DNA from: an uncultured Anaerotignum sp.
Lineage (GTDB): Bacteria > Bacillota > Clostridia > Lachnospirales > Anaerotignaceae
Length of the DNA: 64,000 bases
Assembly: GCA_910578425.1 (NCBI GenBank)
Contig: CAJTQX010000003.1
Coordinates: 8,183-72,182 of the forward strand
Direction: 5' to 3'
A program made the position numbers and the translations under genes. Positions within the stretch are counted from its first letter, which is position 1, and every line of letters begins with the position of its first letter. Shown here in pieces: positions 8,312-18,063 of the stretch. The notes under the pieces were generated by a model. The model ran no database searches, had not been told where the DNA came from, and worked only from the letters and a program-made list of their open reading frames with translations.

Positions 8312-11300
8312 ATGGCGCGAAAAGGCAACCAGGCGGTCAAGACCGTCAGTTTTATGATGATGATTACCCTGCTGGGGAAACTGCTTGGAATGGTGCGGGA
8401 GCAGTTTTTGGCGGCGAAATATGCAACGGGCGCGGAGGGCGCGGCTTTTATGGCGGCGAGCCAGGTTCCGCGGCTGTTTTTTGACGCGATATTTGCATCG
8501 GCAATTTCCGCCAGCTTTATCCCCATATTTGTGGAATATCTGGAAAAGCGGGGACGGAAAGAGGCATTCGCGCTGGCAAACCGCTTTATCACGCTGATTT
8601 CCACAGTGACGGTCTGCCTGATGCTTCTGGGAATGCTGTTTGCCGAGCCGATTACGCGGCTGTTCGTCCCGGGGTATGAGGCGGAAACCATCGCGCTCTG
8701 CGTACCGCTTCTGCGGATGCTGTTCCCGACGATGCTGTTTACGGCAATCGCGTTTTCGTTTGTCGGGATATTGCAGTCGCTGGATGAGTTTAATATTCCG
8801 GCGGCACTGAGTGTGGTTTCCAACATAATCATTATCCTGTATTATATCTTTTTCAATGACAGGCTGGGCGTTTACGGGCTGACCGCCGCATTCCTGCTGG
8901 GCTGGGCGATGCAGGCGTTTATGCAGCTGCCCTCCCTCTGGAAAAAGGACTATCATTTCCGGCCGGATTTCCGTTTTCGGGACGATGGCCTGCGGCGCAT
9001 TGGGAAGCTGATGCTGCCGGTCATGGTAAGCACCTGGATACAGCCCATCAATTTTGTAATAAACAGCCGTTTTGCCTCCCTGCTGCCGAACGGCGAGCAG
9101 AGCGGCACAGCGTTGCAGTATGCCAATATGCTGTATACTATCATTGTCGGGGTGTTCGTGCTGGCAATCGCAAATATTATTTTCCCGCAGCTTTCCCGCA
9201 TGACAGGCGAGGAGGGAAAAGAGGAGTTTGGCAAGACTGTAAAGGTGACGCTGCGCTCCATGATGTTTCTGCTGATACCGATGATGGCGGGGCTGATGGT
9301 GCTTGCGGAGCCTGTCGTAAGGCTGATTTACCAGCGGGGGCAGTTCCGGGCGGAGGACACACTGCTGACGTCAACCGCGTTATTCTTCTTTTCTGTCGGC
9401 ATGGCGGGCTACGGCGTGCAGACAATACTGAGCCGTGCCTTTTACGCCAATCAGGACGGAAAAATGCCTTTCCTTTCCGGAATAGTTTCCATCGGTGTGA
9501 ACTGGATATTATGCAGTATCCTGCTGGAGCCGATGGGGCTGGGCGGGCTGGCTCTGGCAGCCGCGCTTTCCACAACGGCTGCTGCGGCTGTGCTGTTCGT
9601 GCCGGCGGTGCGGAAATATCCGGGAATTCTGGACGGGAGCCTTGTGAGCCAGCTGACAAAAATGCTTGCGGCGGCAATGGGCATGGCGGCCCTTGTGCTG
9701 GGCAGCTACCGCTTTTTTGCGGCAAGGCTGGGCGGCAGGCTGCTGATGCAGGTGTTTTCGCTGGGCGTTGCGGTCTGTATCGGCGTTGCGGTGTATATGA
9801 CGCTGGCGTGGATACTGCGCATTGAGGAAGGGCGCATAGTCTTTGAAACGCTGGGACGCCTCATGGGGCGCGGCGCGGAGGCGGAGGCGTCTGCGGACGG
9901 AAAAAGCAGAGGACGGAGAGAATATCCAATGATCGAAAAAATATCCTGGGCAATCGAGGACAGCTTTTGTTTTCGGGTGCTGGCGAAAATCATAAACGGG
10001 CTGATTTCCATATGGACGGGCAGCCTGATATACAGGTGCTATGCCGCCATTGGGCGCGCAGTCGGCAGGGCATTCGCGGGTAGCGCGATACTGGGCTTTT
10101 TCCGCCGGAACTGGGACAATGCCCTGCGCGTGCGGGACGGGCATCTGCCGCGGTTCTGGCGGCGGCTTTCCGGCTGGAGCGGCAGGGCAGTGCGCCTGCG
10201 GACGAATACTGTGGCGGATGCTTTGCGGGAAAGCGCGCTTTTGGGGCTTTTCGGGCGGAATTTTATGGTACTCTGCCTTTGCGTAATTGTGCTGAGTATT
10301 CCGATATTGCCAACGATACTGCTGGCGGCGGAATGCATGGGGACGTTCCTGCTCTATCTTGTGAATATTTTTATGGGACGGATACGTGCGCAGCGGACAA
10401 GCATGGTCTGCGTTCTGCTGGGGTGCTTCGGCGTTGCTGTGCTTTATGGCGGGCTGACAAGCTATGCCTTCCCGCAGGCGTTGCAGGCGATGGCAATACT
10501 GCTGACGCTTCTGGCGGTCTGCTTTGTGGCAAAAGATGTGATTGATACCGAAGAAAAGCTGGATTTCGTGCTGTTCATGCTGATTGGCATGGGTACGCTT
10601 ATCGCGCTTTACGCGGTTTATCAGTATGTCGTTGGTGTGGAAATGGACGAGGCCTGGGTGGACGCGGAAAGCTTCAATATCGCGACACGTGCCTATGCAA
10701 CGTTCAACAACCCGAACGTGCTGGGCGAATACCTCATCATTGTGGCGTCATTGGCGGCGGGTATGCTCTGGAAGGTGCGGAACTGGCTGGGGAAACTGTT
10801 TTATGCCGGCTGCTTCGCGGTGCTCTGTCTGGGGCTTCTGGCGACAAATTCCCGCGGGGCGATGCTGGGACTGCTGTTTTCGGCAGGGCTGTTCGTGCTG
10901 CTGGCGGAACGGCGGCTGCTGCCTGTGGGGATTGCAGGGCTTATCGCGATGCCGTTCGTGCTGCCGGCAAGCCTTTGGAGCAGGCTGGCAAGCTCGCTGA
11001 CAATGAGCGATTCCTCCTCCCTTTACCGCCTTTCCATTTACAAGGCTTCTGGGGAGATCATACAGCATTACTGGACAACGGGCATCGGCATTGGCGCGTT
11101 TCCGCAGATTTACCCGCTGTTCTCCTTTGAGGCGGCAAACGCTTACCATGCGCATAACCTGTTTTTGGAGGAATTTATAGAACTGGGCATCATCGGCTTT
11201 ATACTGCTTTTGCTCCTTCTGGTGTTCTTTTTCCAGCGGCTTTATTCCGCGATGGGGAAAACGCCCCGCCGTTTCAGGTTCCTGCTGGGGGCGATGTTCG

Positions 11301-11446
11301 GCGGCTTTGCGGGGCTTTTATTGCAGGGCATGACAGACCACCTTTGGTTTGACTATCGTATCGTTCTGCTGTTCTGGTGCTTCATCGGCATCAGTATGGC
11401 GGCTGTGAGAGTGGGGGAAAACGAATGGCGCAGGGAAAAAAGATAA
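8312..11446 (+). CDS. murJ: MurJ/MviN-family flippase fused to an O-antigen ligase/polymerase (Wzy_C) family domain
   Basis: First ~520 aa MurJ-like (KLLGMVREQ, SFIPIF, YQRGQF, RAFYANQD); C-terminal domain with TFNNPNVLGEYL, TNSRGAM, SSLYR, HAHNLFL. Confidence 0.85.
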   Translation: MARKGNQAVKTVSFMMMITLLGKLLGMVREQFLAAKYATGAEGAAFMAASQVPRLFFDAIFASAISASFIPIFVEYLEKRGRKEAFALANRFITLISTVTVCLMLLGMLFAEPITRLFVPGYEAETIALCVPLLRMLFPTMLFTAIAFSFVGILQSLDEFNIPAALSVVSNIIIILYYIFFNDRLGVYGLTAAFLLGWAMQAFMQLPSLWKKDYHFRPDFRFRDDGLRRIGKLMLPVMVSTWIQPINFVINSRFASLLPNGEQSGTALQYANMLYTIIVGVFVLAIANIIFPQLSRMTGEEGKEEFGKTVKVTLRSMMFLLIPMMAGLMVLAEPVVRLIYQRGQFRAEDTLLTSTALFFFSVGMAGYGVQTILSRAFYANQDGKMPFLSGIVSIGVNWILCSILLEPMGLGGLALAAALSTTAAAAVLFVPAVRKYPGILDGSLVSQLTKMLAAAMGMAALVLGSYRFFAARLGGRLLMQVFSLGVAVCIGVAVYMTLAWILRIEEGRIVFETLGRLMGRGAEAEASADGKSRGRREYPMIEKISWAIEDSFCFRVLAKIINGLISIWTGSLIYRCYAAIGRAVGRAFAGSAILGFFRRNWDNALRVRDGHLPRFWRRLSGWSGRAVRLRTNTVADALRESALLGLFGRNFMVLCLCVIVLSIPILPTILLAAECMGTFLLYLVNIFMGRIRAQRTSMVCVLLGCFGVAVLYGGLTSYAFPQALQAMAILLTLLAVCFVAKDVIDTEEKLDFVLFMLIGMGTLIALYAVYQYVVGVEMDEAWVDAESFNIATRAYATFNNPNVLGEYLIIVASLAAGMLWKVRNWLGKLFYAGCFAVLCLGLLATNSRGAMLGLLFSAGLFVLLAERRLLPVGIAGLIAMPFVLPASLWSRLASSLTMSDSSSLYRLSIYKASGEIIQHYWTTGIGIGAFPQIYPLFSFEAANAYHAHNLFLEEFIELGIIGFILLLLLLVFFFQRLYSAMGKTPRRFRFLLGAMFGGFAGLLLQGMTDHLWFDYRIVLLFWCFIGISMAAVRVGENEWRREKR

Positions 11447-12540
11447 TAGTATTTCATATACTGACTGACCGGAATATCGGCGGCGCGGGACGGTGGCTTT
11501 TGAATTATCTGAAGCATTATGACAGGGAACGGTTCGAGGTTTCTGTCGTGCTTCCGGCGGACAGCCTGCTCTGCGGGGCAGTGCGGGGGCTGGATGTGCC
11601 GGTGCTTGCCATAGCGGAGATGGAAGATAAATCCTATGACCCGAAGGCAATGAAGCCGCTTGCGGCGTTATTTCGGAAAGAGAAGCCGGATATTGTACAC
11701 ACGCACGCCAGCATGACGGCAAGAATGGCGGCGAAGCGCGCGGGCGTGCCGAAAATATTCTGCACGAAGCACTGCATGGAGAGCGCGCCGGGGGCATTCC
11801 CGAAGCGGCTTGTCCGGCGGGCAGTCAACCGGAGGTTCGGCGATAAGATCATCGCGGTGAGCAAGGAGGTGCGCCGCAGCATGATTGCGGGCGGGACAAG
11901 CCCGAAACAGGTCGTAACAGTACCGAACGGCATTGAAGATATCCCGATGCTGACTGCGACGAAAAAGGCGGAAACGCTGGCGGCTTTCGGCGGGAAGCCC
12001 GGAGAATATGCCATTGGCATTGCGGCAAGGCTGGAGGAAGTCAAGGACCATAGCACGCTCCTGCGGGCGGCAGAAAAAATACTGAAACAGCGGCAGGACG
12101 TGCGGTTTTATATCATTGGCGCGGGCAGCCTGCGGGCGGAACTGGAGAGACAGGCAGAAACGCTCGGCATTGCAGAGCATGTGGCCTTTACCGGGTTTTT
12201 GCAGGACGTGGAACGCATGGAGGCCGCGCTGGATATTGCCGTAATCACCTCCAAACAGGAGGCGTTGTGCCTTTCTATCATAGAATCCATGTGGGCGGGC
12301 GTGCCTGCTGTGGGGACGGACAGCGGCGGCGTTTCCGAGGTAATCCGGCATGGGGAAACGGGGTATCTCGTCCCTGTGGGGGACAGCGGCGCGCTGGCGG
12401 AACGCCTTCTGGAACTGCTGGCGGACGATGCGAAGCGGCGGGAGATGGGCGCGGCGGCGCGGGAATATGTACGAAAGCATTTTGCGGCGGATAAGATGAC
12501 GAAACGGATTGAAAAACTCTACACGGAGGAACAAACATGA
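11425..12540 (+). CDS. Glycosyltransferase family 4
   Basis: IGGAGR, DIVHTH, ARLEEVKD, EALCLSIIESM (EX7E); overlaps upstream stop. Confidence 0.92.
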   Translation: MAQGKKIIVFHILTDRNIGGAGRWLLNYLKHYDRERFEVSVVLPADSLLCGAVRGLDVPVLAIAEMEDKSYDPKAMKPLAALFRKEKPDIVHTHASMTARMAAKRAGVPKIFCTKHCMESAPGAFPKRLVRRAVNRRFGDKIIAVSKEVRRSMIAGGTSPKQVVTVPNGIEDIPMLTATKKAETLAAFGGKPGEYAIGIAARLEEVKDHSTLLRAAEKILKQRQDVRFYIIGAGSLRAELERQAETLGIAEHVAFTGFLQDVERMEAALDIAVITSKQEALCLSIIESMWAGVPAVGTDSGGVSEVIRHGETGYLVPVGDSGALAERLLELLADDAKRREMGAAAREYVRKHFAADKMTKRIEKLYTEEQT

Positions 12541-13028
12541 GCGAGAGAAAAAGAAAAAAGCTGTTCGGCGTTTTCAATATTGTGGATATCCTGCTGATTT
12601 TGATTGTGCTTTTGGGTGCGGTCATCGGCTGGAAGCTGCTTGCCGGAAAGAGACAGACGGAACAGGCGGCGGGAAAGGTCTATTCCTATGTTGTGATGGG
12701 GCCGGAGGTGCTGGATGAAACGGCAGAATTTCCCGTTGTGGGCGGCAATGCTTACAACAGTTCTACTTCCGTTTATCTGGGAACTGTGGAGGATTTCCGC
12801 ACAGAGCCTTACACAGAAATTGTTTATGACGAGCAGGAAGAGGCGTTCCGCAAAGTCCCTGTGGAGGGTTACAGTACGATTTATCTGACGATTGCAGGGC
12901 AGGGTACGGAAACGGAACGGGATATTACTGTGGAAGGCACAACGGTGAAGGTCGGCATGGAGCTGAATGTGAAGGGCAAGGGATATGCATTCAAGGGCAT
13001 TGTTGTAGAAGTAAGGGACGGTGAGTGA
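12537..13028 (+). CDS. DUF4330-like membrane-anchored protein
   Basis: N-terminal KLFGVFNIVDILLILIVL anchor typical of this family. Confidence 0.7.
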   Translation: MSERKRKKLFGVFNIVDILLILIVLLGAVIGWKLLAGKRQTEQAAGKVYSYVVMGPEVLDETAEFPVVGGNAYNSSTSVYLGTVEDFRTEPYTEIVYDEQEEAFRKVPVEGYSTIYLTIAGQGTETERDITVEGTTVKVGMELNVKGKGYAFKGIVVEVRDGE

Positions 13029-13029
13029 T

Positions 13030-13506
13030 ATGGCGAAACGGAAACCAAACATTGTGGATGTGCTGATGATACTGGTGCTGGCTGCCGTCTGCGTGCTCGC
13101 CATTTATAAATTTGGCTTTGTCAACAGCAGAGAATCTGCCGGAGTCGAAGCCGAGGCGTCAAAACGGGAATATACGGCGTTTATTGACGAGGTGCGCATG
13201 GCTACGGCGGAGGCTCTGCATAAAGGCGATCTGATTTTTGACGACAAGACGGGTATCTGCATTGGGGAGATCAAGGACGTTTCCTATGCGCCGATGATGA
13301 AAGGCGTGATCGCGGCGGACGGTTCTGTCAAACAGGCGGAATATCCCGATTATTACGGCGTGACGCTGACCATAGAAGGCTCCATTATTGAAAAAGACGA
13401 GGGATATTTTGTGGACGGTGTTGTGGAGCTGAAAGCAAATTCGGAAATGAATACTTTTACAAAATACGCGATGCCCGTAATCAAGGTAACAAGCATCGCC
13501 GACTGA
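13030..13506 (+). CDS. DUF4330-like membrane-anchored protein (second paralogue)
   Basis: KPNIVDVLMILVLA anchor; similar layout to the upstream gene. Confidence 0.7.
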   Translation: MAKRKPNIVDVLMILVLAAVCVLAIYKFGFVNSRESAGVEAEASKREYTAFIDEVRMATAEALHKGDLIFDDKTGICIGEIKDVSYAPMMKGVIAADGSVKQAEYPDYYGVTLTIEGSIIEKDEGYFVDGVVELKANSEMNTFTKYAMPVIKVTSIAD

Positions 13507-13519
13507 CAGGTGGGAGAGC

Positions 13520-15757
13520 ATGAAATATAAAATACTGATGACGCTGATGGGCTTGGAAATCGGCGGGGCGGAAACACATGTTGTGGAGCTTTCCAAGGAA
13601 CTGAAAAAACAGGGGTATGACATTATTGTTGCCTCTAATGGCGGGGTCTATGAAAAAGAACTGGCGGCGGCGGGCATCCGGCATTACCATGTGCCGATGA
13701 ACCAACGGAATATTTTCAAAATGCTCCGCTCCTATTTCCTGCTGAAACGGATTGTGAAGAAGGAAAAGGTGGATATCGTTCATTCCCATGCAAGGATACC
13801 GGGGTTCATTTGCGGGCTGCTGAAACGGAGGATGAAAAACGCGTTTACGTTCGTGACCTCCGCGCACTGGGTTTTTTATACCGGTATGGGCTTGAAATAT
13901 CTGACGAACTGGGGACAGAAGGTTGTCGCGGTCAGCGAGGATATCCGGCAGTACCTGATGGATAACTACAGGGTGCGGAGCGAGGATATTTTTGTAACCA
14001 TAAACGGCATTGATACGGATAAATTTTCGCCGAAAACAGATGGGAGCCGGATTCGCAGGGAATTTGGATTGAAGGAGGGCGAACCGACACTTGTTTACGT
14101 CAGCCGCATGGACGAGAGCCGCGCGCTCGTCGCGGGGCAGCTCATCGCGCTTACGCCGAGGCTTGCGGAGGAAATACCGGGGCTGCGTATGCTGATTGTG
14201 GGCGGCGGCGATGTATATGAAGAAATGCTGGAAAAAAGCCGCACTGCCAACGAAAAAATCGGACGGGAATGTGTGACTATGACAGGCGGACGGACGGATA
14301 TCAACGAATTTGTCGCGGTGGCTGACGTGTTCGTGGGCGTGAGCCGTTCCGCGCTGGAGGCTATGGCGGCAGAGAAAACTGTTGTGGTTGCCGGAAACGA
14401 AGGCTATATTGGTATTTTTACACCGGATAAGCTGGAAATGGCGCAGGAAAATAATTTCTGCTGCCGGGGCTGCGAGATGTCCAGCGAAGAACTGCTGTTC
14501 CGCGATGTAGTGTATGCATTTCACAAAATGACGCCGGAGGAACGGCGGCAGGCGGGGAAATACGGCAGGGAGGTCATTTTTGAATATTATTCCGTCAGCA
14601 AAATGGCGGCGGACTGCGTAAAGGCGTATGACGCGGCCTGGCGGGAAAGCCACGCGCCGCAGTACAACGTGGTGATGAGCGGCTATTACGGTTTCAATAA
14701 CACAGGCGACGAGGCGATTATGCTTTCCATGCATAAAAACATACAGGGACTGGGCGAAAATGTCCATATTACGGTGCTTTCCAACAAGCCGGAAGATACA
14801 AAGGAGAAATACGGCATCGAGGCCGTATATCGCTTTGGCGCGCGGGAAGTTCTGCGGGCTATCCGCAAATGTGACGTACTGCTTTCGGGCGGAGGCTCGC
14901 TTTTGCAGGACAGCACAAGCACGCGTTCGCTGATGTATTACCTTTCTATTACCGTAGCGGCAAAGCTGATGCGCAAAAAGGTCATGCTCTATGCCAACGG
15001 AATCGGTCCTGTTTCCGGCAGGCGCAACCGCAGGCTGGTGAAGCAGGTAGTCAACAGGGCGGACCTGATTACACTGCGGGAAGAAAACTCCTATGAGGAA
15101 CTGCTTTCCATGGGCGTTAATCCGAAAAAGTGCTTTGTAACGGCTGATCCGGTGTTTACTATGGACGGCATCGCGCCGGAGCAGGCAAGAGGACTTCTGG
15201 CGGCGGAGGGCGTGCCGATGGATCAGCCGATGGTGGTGGTTTCTGTGCGCAACTGGAAGGGAATGAGCCAGTTTATCGGCAGGTTTGCCAGACTCTGCGA
15301 TACGGTGGTGGAAAAATATGACAGGACGATCGTTTTCCTGTCCATGCAGACGCCGAATGATGTTGAGGTCAGTGAAAAAGTCTGCCGGAAGATGGCACAG
15401 CCCGCGTATATTCTGCGCGGAAGCTATTCGCCGTATGAAGTTATGGGCATCATCAGCCTTGCGGACTTTATACTGAGTATGCGCCTGCATACGCTGATTT
15501 TTGCGGCAAGGCAGAAAGTGCCGCTGATCGGGTTTGTTTATGACCCGAAAATTGAGTATTATCTGGAAAAACTGGATATGCCGAGCGGCGGGAGCCTGAA
15601 GGACTTTGATATGGAGCAGACGCTTGCGTTGGTGGAAAATGTGGTTTCGCATAAGGCGGAATATGTTGCCGTGCTGGAGGAAAAAGAGGCTCTGCTGGAA
15701 AAAATGGCGCACCGGAACGAGAAATATCTGGAACGGCTGCTGAAAAAGAAGAAATGA
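13520..15757 (+). CDS. csaB: GT4 glycosyltransferase fused to polysaccharide pyruvyl transferase CsaB
   Basis: N-terminal GT4 (GGAETHV, IVHSHARIPG); C-terminal SGYYGFNNTGDEA, SGGGSLLQDSTS, GIGP, TADPV, SMRLH. Confidence 0.92.
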   Translation: MKYKILMTLMGLEIGGAETHVVELSKELKKQGYDIIVASNGGVYEKELAAAGIRHYHVPMNQRNIFKMLRSYFLLKRIVKKEKVDIVHSHARIPGFICGLLKRRMKNAFTFVTSAHWVFYTGMGLKYLTNWGQKVVAVSEDIRQYLMDNYRVRSEDIFVTINGIDTDKFSPKTDGSRIRREFGLKEGEPTLVYVSRMDESRALVAGQLIALTPRLAEEIPGLRMLIVGGGDVYEEMLEKSRTANEKIGRECVTMTGGRTDINEFVAVADVFVGVSRSALEAMAAEKTVVVAGNEGYIGIFTPDKLEMAQENNFCCRGCEMSSEELLFRDVVYAFHKMTPEERRQAGKYGREVIFEYYSVSKMAADCVKAYDAAWRESHAPQYNVVMSGYYGFNNTGDEAIMLSMHKNIQGLGENVHITVLSNKPEDTKEKYGIEAVYRFGAREVLRAIRKCDVLLSGGGSLLQDSTSTRSLMYYLSITVAAKLMRKKVMLYANGIGPVSGRRNRRLVKQVVNRADLITLREENSYEELLSMGVNPKKCFVTADPVFTMDGIAPEQARGLLAAEGVPMDQPMVVVSVRNWKGMSQFIGRFARLCDTVVEKYDRTIVFLSMQTPNDVEVSEKVCRKMAQPAYILRGSYSPYEVMGIISLADFILSMRLHTLIFAARQKVPLIGFVYDPKIEYYLEKLDMPSGGSLKDFDMEQTLALVENVVSHKAEYVAVLEEKEALLEKMAHRNEKYLERLLKKKK

Positions 15758-15771
15758 AAGAGGGCGATGGA

Positions 15772-16500
15772 ATGGGACGGAAACAGACGCGTATTCTTGA
15801 CGTGGCGTTTGACGTGGTGACGATGGAGGAGGCTGCCGAAAAGGCAAAGGGTTTCCTGCGGGCGGAAGGGCAGCATTACATCTGCACGCCGAACCCGGAA
15901 ATCGTGATGGAAGCAAGGACGGACGGAGAACTTCGGGAGATATTGAAAAAAGCGGATATGGTCGTGCCGGATGGGATTGGCGTGGTCTGGGCGTCGAAAT
16001 ACAGCGAAAGACGCCTGCCGGAACGCGTCGCGGGCTACGACCTGATACAGAGGCTGATGCGGGATCTGGCGGGTACGGAGGAAACCTTTTATTTCTTCGG
16101 CGGCGCGCCGGGCGTTGCTGCTGCTGCGGCGCGGAAGATGCGGAAGGAGCACCCGGGGCTGAAAATCGTTGGGGTGCATAACGGCTATTTTGATGAAAAG
16201 GAAGAAAAAAAGATATTGGAGGACATAAAAAAGCATTCCCCGTCCATACTGTTAGTAGGACTGGGCGCGCCGAAGCAGGAAAAATGGATTGCGGAGCATA
16301 TGCGGCAGACAGGCGCGAAGCTCTGCATCGGCGTTGGCGGGTGCTTTGACGTGATGTCAGGCAATGTGAAGCGTGCGCCGAAGGTGTTCCGCAGGCTGGG
16401 GCTGGAATGGTTTTACCGGCTCATTACGCAGCCAACGCGCTGGCGGCGGATGCTGCGTCTGCCGGTTTTCGCGCTGACAGTCCTGAAGGAGAGAAAATAA
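15772..16500 (+). CDS. tagA: WecB/TagA/CpsF family glycosyltransferase (ManNAc transferase)
   Basis: TPNPE, PDGIGVV, ERVAGYDL, VGLGAPKQE, GVGGCFDV, LEWFYRL. Confidence 0.92.
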   Translation: MGRKQTRILDVAFDVVTMEEAAEKAKGFLRAEGQHYICTPNPEIVMEARTDGELREILKKADMVVPDGIGVVWASKYSERRLPERVAGYDLIQRLMRDLAGTEETFYFFGGAPGVAAAAARKMRKEHPGLKIVGVHNGYFDEKEEKKILEDIKKHSPSILLVGLGAPKQEKWIAEHMRQTGAKLCIGVGGCFDVMSGNVKRAPKVFRRLGLEWFYRLITQPTRWRRMLRLPVFALTVLKERK

Positions 16501-16545
16501 AGACTAGATACTTTGCCGCAGGTTATGAGAACATCAGACGGCATT

Positions 16546-16700
16546 TTCCCTTCGGGGAGGTACTTTTGAAGCAAAAGTACCCAAAACGCGGGGGATTTCC
16601 GAATATCCCCCGCACCCCCTCAACGGCCGAGGGATAAATTATCCCTCGGACTCCCCTCAGGAAACGAAGCCTTTTCTGCGAAAAGTCTTGTTTCCTGAGA
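16546..16700. repeat. Multi-hairpin intergenic element
   Basis: Consecutive stems GGTACTTTTG/CAAAAGTACC, GCGGGGGAT/ATCCCCCGC, CCGAGGGAT/ATCCCTCGG, CTCAGGAAAC/GTTTCCTGAG. Confidence 0.6.
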
Positions 16701-16808
16701 TAGCGTGGCAGGGTTCCGGCATGTTTCCACTGCAATGCGTTTCTGCTTTTGACTGCATGGAATATGCCAGGGGAAACAGAGCGAAAAAGAAATCCTGAGT
16801 GAAACATT

Positions 16809-16895
16809 CCGCCGCATGGATATGCGGCGGCAATAAAGTTTGGGGTCAAGCCCTTTTCTAAAGGGCTTGCAGGGGGATTGGGGACAGAGTCCCCA
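16809..16895 (+). repeat. REP-like unit with GCCGCA..TGCGGC hairpin
   Basis: CCGCCGCATGGATATGCGGCGG then AATAAAGTTTGGGGTCAAGCCC..AAAGGGCTTGCAGGGGG..GGGGACAGAGTCCCC. Confidence 0.8.
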
Positions 16896-16935
16896 GGGTC
16901 TTTTTTCCTTCATTCTGCTTTAAGGGCGTGAGGAC

Positions 16936-17790
16936 ATGGAAAAACTCTATAAACGCGACTGGCTCTGCCTTCTGGTCGGCACAGCGTTAATGGCAATTGC
17001 TACGGAAGGCTTTTTTGAGCACGCAAGGCTGGTTGTTGGCGGGATTACGGGTATCGGCATTATGCTGGACGATTGGACAAAACGCGAATTTGCCCTGCAT
17101 ATCCCGCTCTGGCTGACTAATTTTTTGCTGAACCTTCCGCTGTTCCTCTATGCGTGGTGCAGAAAAGGGCGGAAGTTCATGGGCAAGAGCATACTGACGG
17201 GAGTTCTGTTTTCTGTCATGCTGTTTTTGGAAGAGCTTTTCCCGATCACAACGTCTGACCCGCTGCTGGCGGCAGTATTCGGCGGTACGGCAATGGGCGT
17301 TGGGCTGGGGCTTGTGCTGGCGGCAGGCGCGACGACGGGCGGTGTGGATTTGGCGGCAACGCTTCTGCACCTGCATTTTCGGCAGTTTTCCGTTTCCAAG
17401 CTGATATTCGTTCTGGACGCGGCGATTATACTGCTGGGAATGGCAATGTTTGGCATAGAAAGCTCACTGTATGCAGTTTTGGCGGTATTTGTGACGGAAA
17501 AATGGATTGTCTGGGCAACGGAAGGGGTAAACTTCGCACAGGCGGCGTGGATCATTTCCGATAAAAGCGAGGAAATCGCCAGAGCACTTCTTTCTGAGCT
17601 GGGGCGCGGCGTGACAGCGTTCCCCGCAAAGGGTAAATACACCGGTACGGAGCGCGATGTGCTCTTTTGTGTCTTTTCTCAAAAAGAAATTCATTTCGTA
17701 AAAAGTATTATCGTGAATATTGACCGAAACGCCTTTTTCCTGCTGACGGATATACGGGAAGTTTTGGGCGAAGGTTTCGCGGAAAAGTAA
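16936..17790 (+). CDS. YitT family membrane protein
   Basis: GGITGIG, NLPLF, GATTGGVD, RGVT..GKYTG, EVLGEGF. Confidence 0.9.
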   Translation: MEKLYKRDWLCLLVGTALMAIATEGFFEHARLVVGGITGIGIMLDDWTKREFALHIPLWLTNFLLNLPLFLYAWCRKGRKFMGKSILTGVLFSVMLFLEELFPITTSDPLLAAVFGGTAMGVGLGLVLAAGATTGGVDLAATLLHLHFRQFSVSKLIFVLDAAIILLGMAMFGIESSLYAVLAVFVTEKWIVWATEGVNFAQAAWIISDKSEEIARALLSELGRGVTAFPAKGKYTGTERDVLFCVFSQKEIHFVKSIIVNIDRNAFFLLTDIREVLGEGFAEK

Positions 17791-18063
17791 AAATGACGGA
17801 ACACTGCGGCGGATAAAAATGCTGTTTTCGTGGCTTTTTGAGGAAATCAAGCGTCAGTTTTCATAAAAATAAAATTCTTTTTTATGAAAGAATTGATAGA
17901 AAAGAGATTTTGTAGGCTTTTTTTACAATTTCTCTTTCTTTTTTTGTGATTTTGTTATAAAATAGGTTTAGGCTATTTTTTATGTTCCGGCACATGGGGA
18001 TTTTAGGCAATTTTACAGTGCGCGGGACAAAATGAGGAGAAAACTTTTTTAGAGGTGAGGACG

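Noticed and set aside
13481..15916. 811-aa minus-strand ORF
   Set aside because: Antisense shadow of the GT4-CsaB gene with no recognisable motifs
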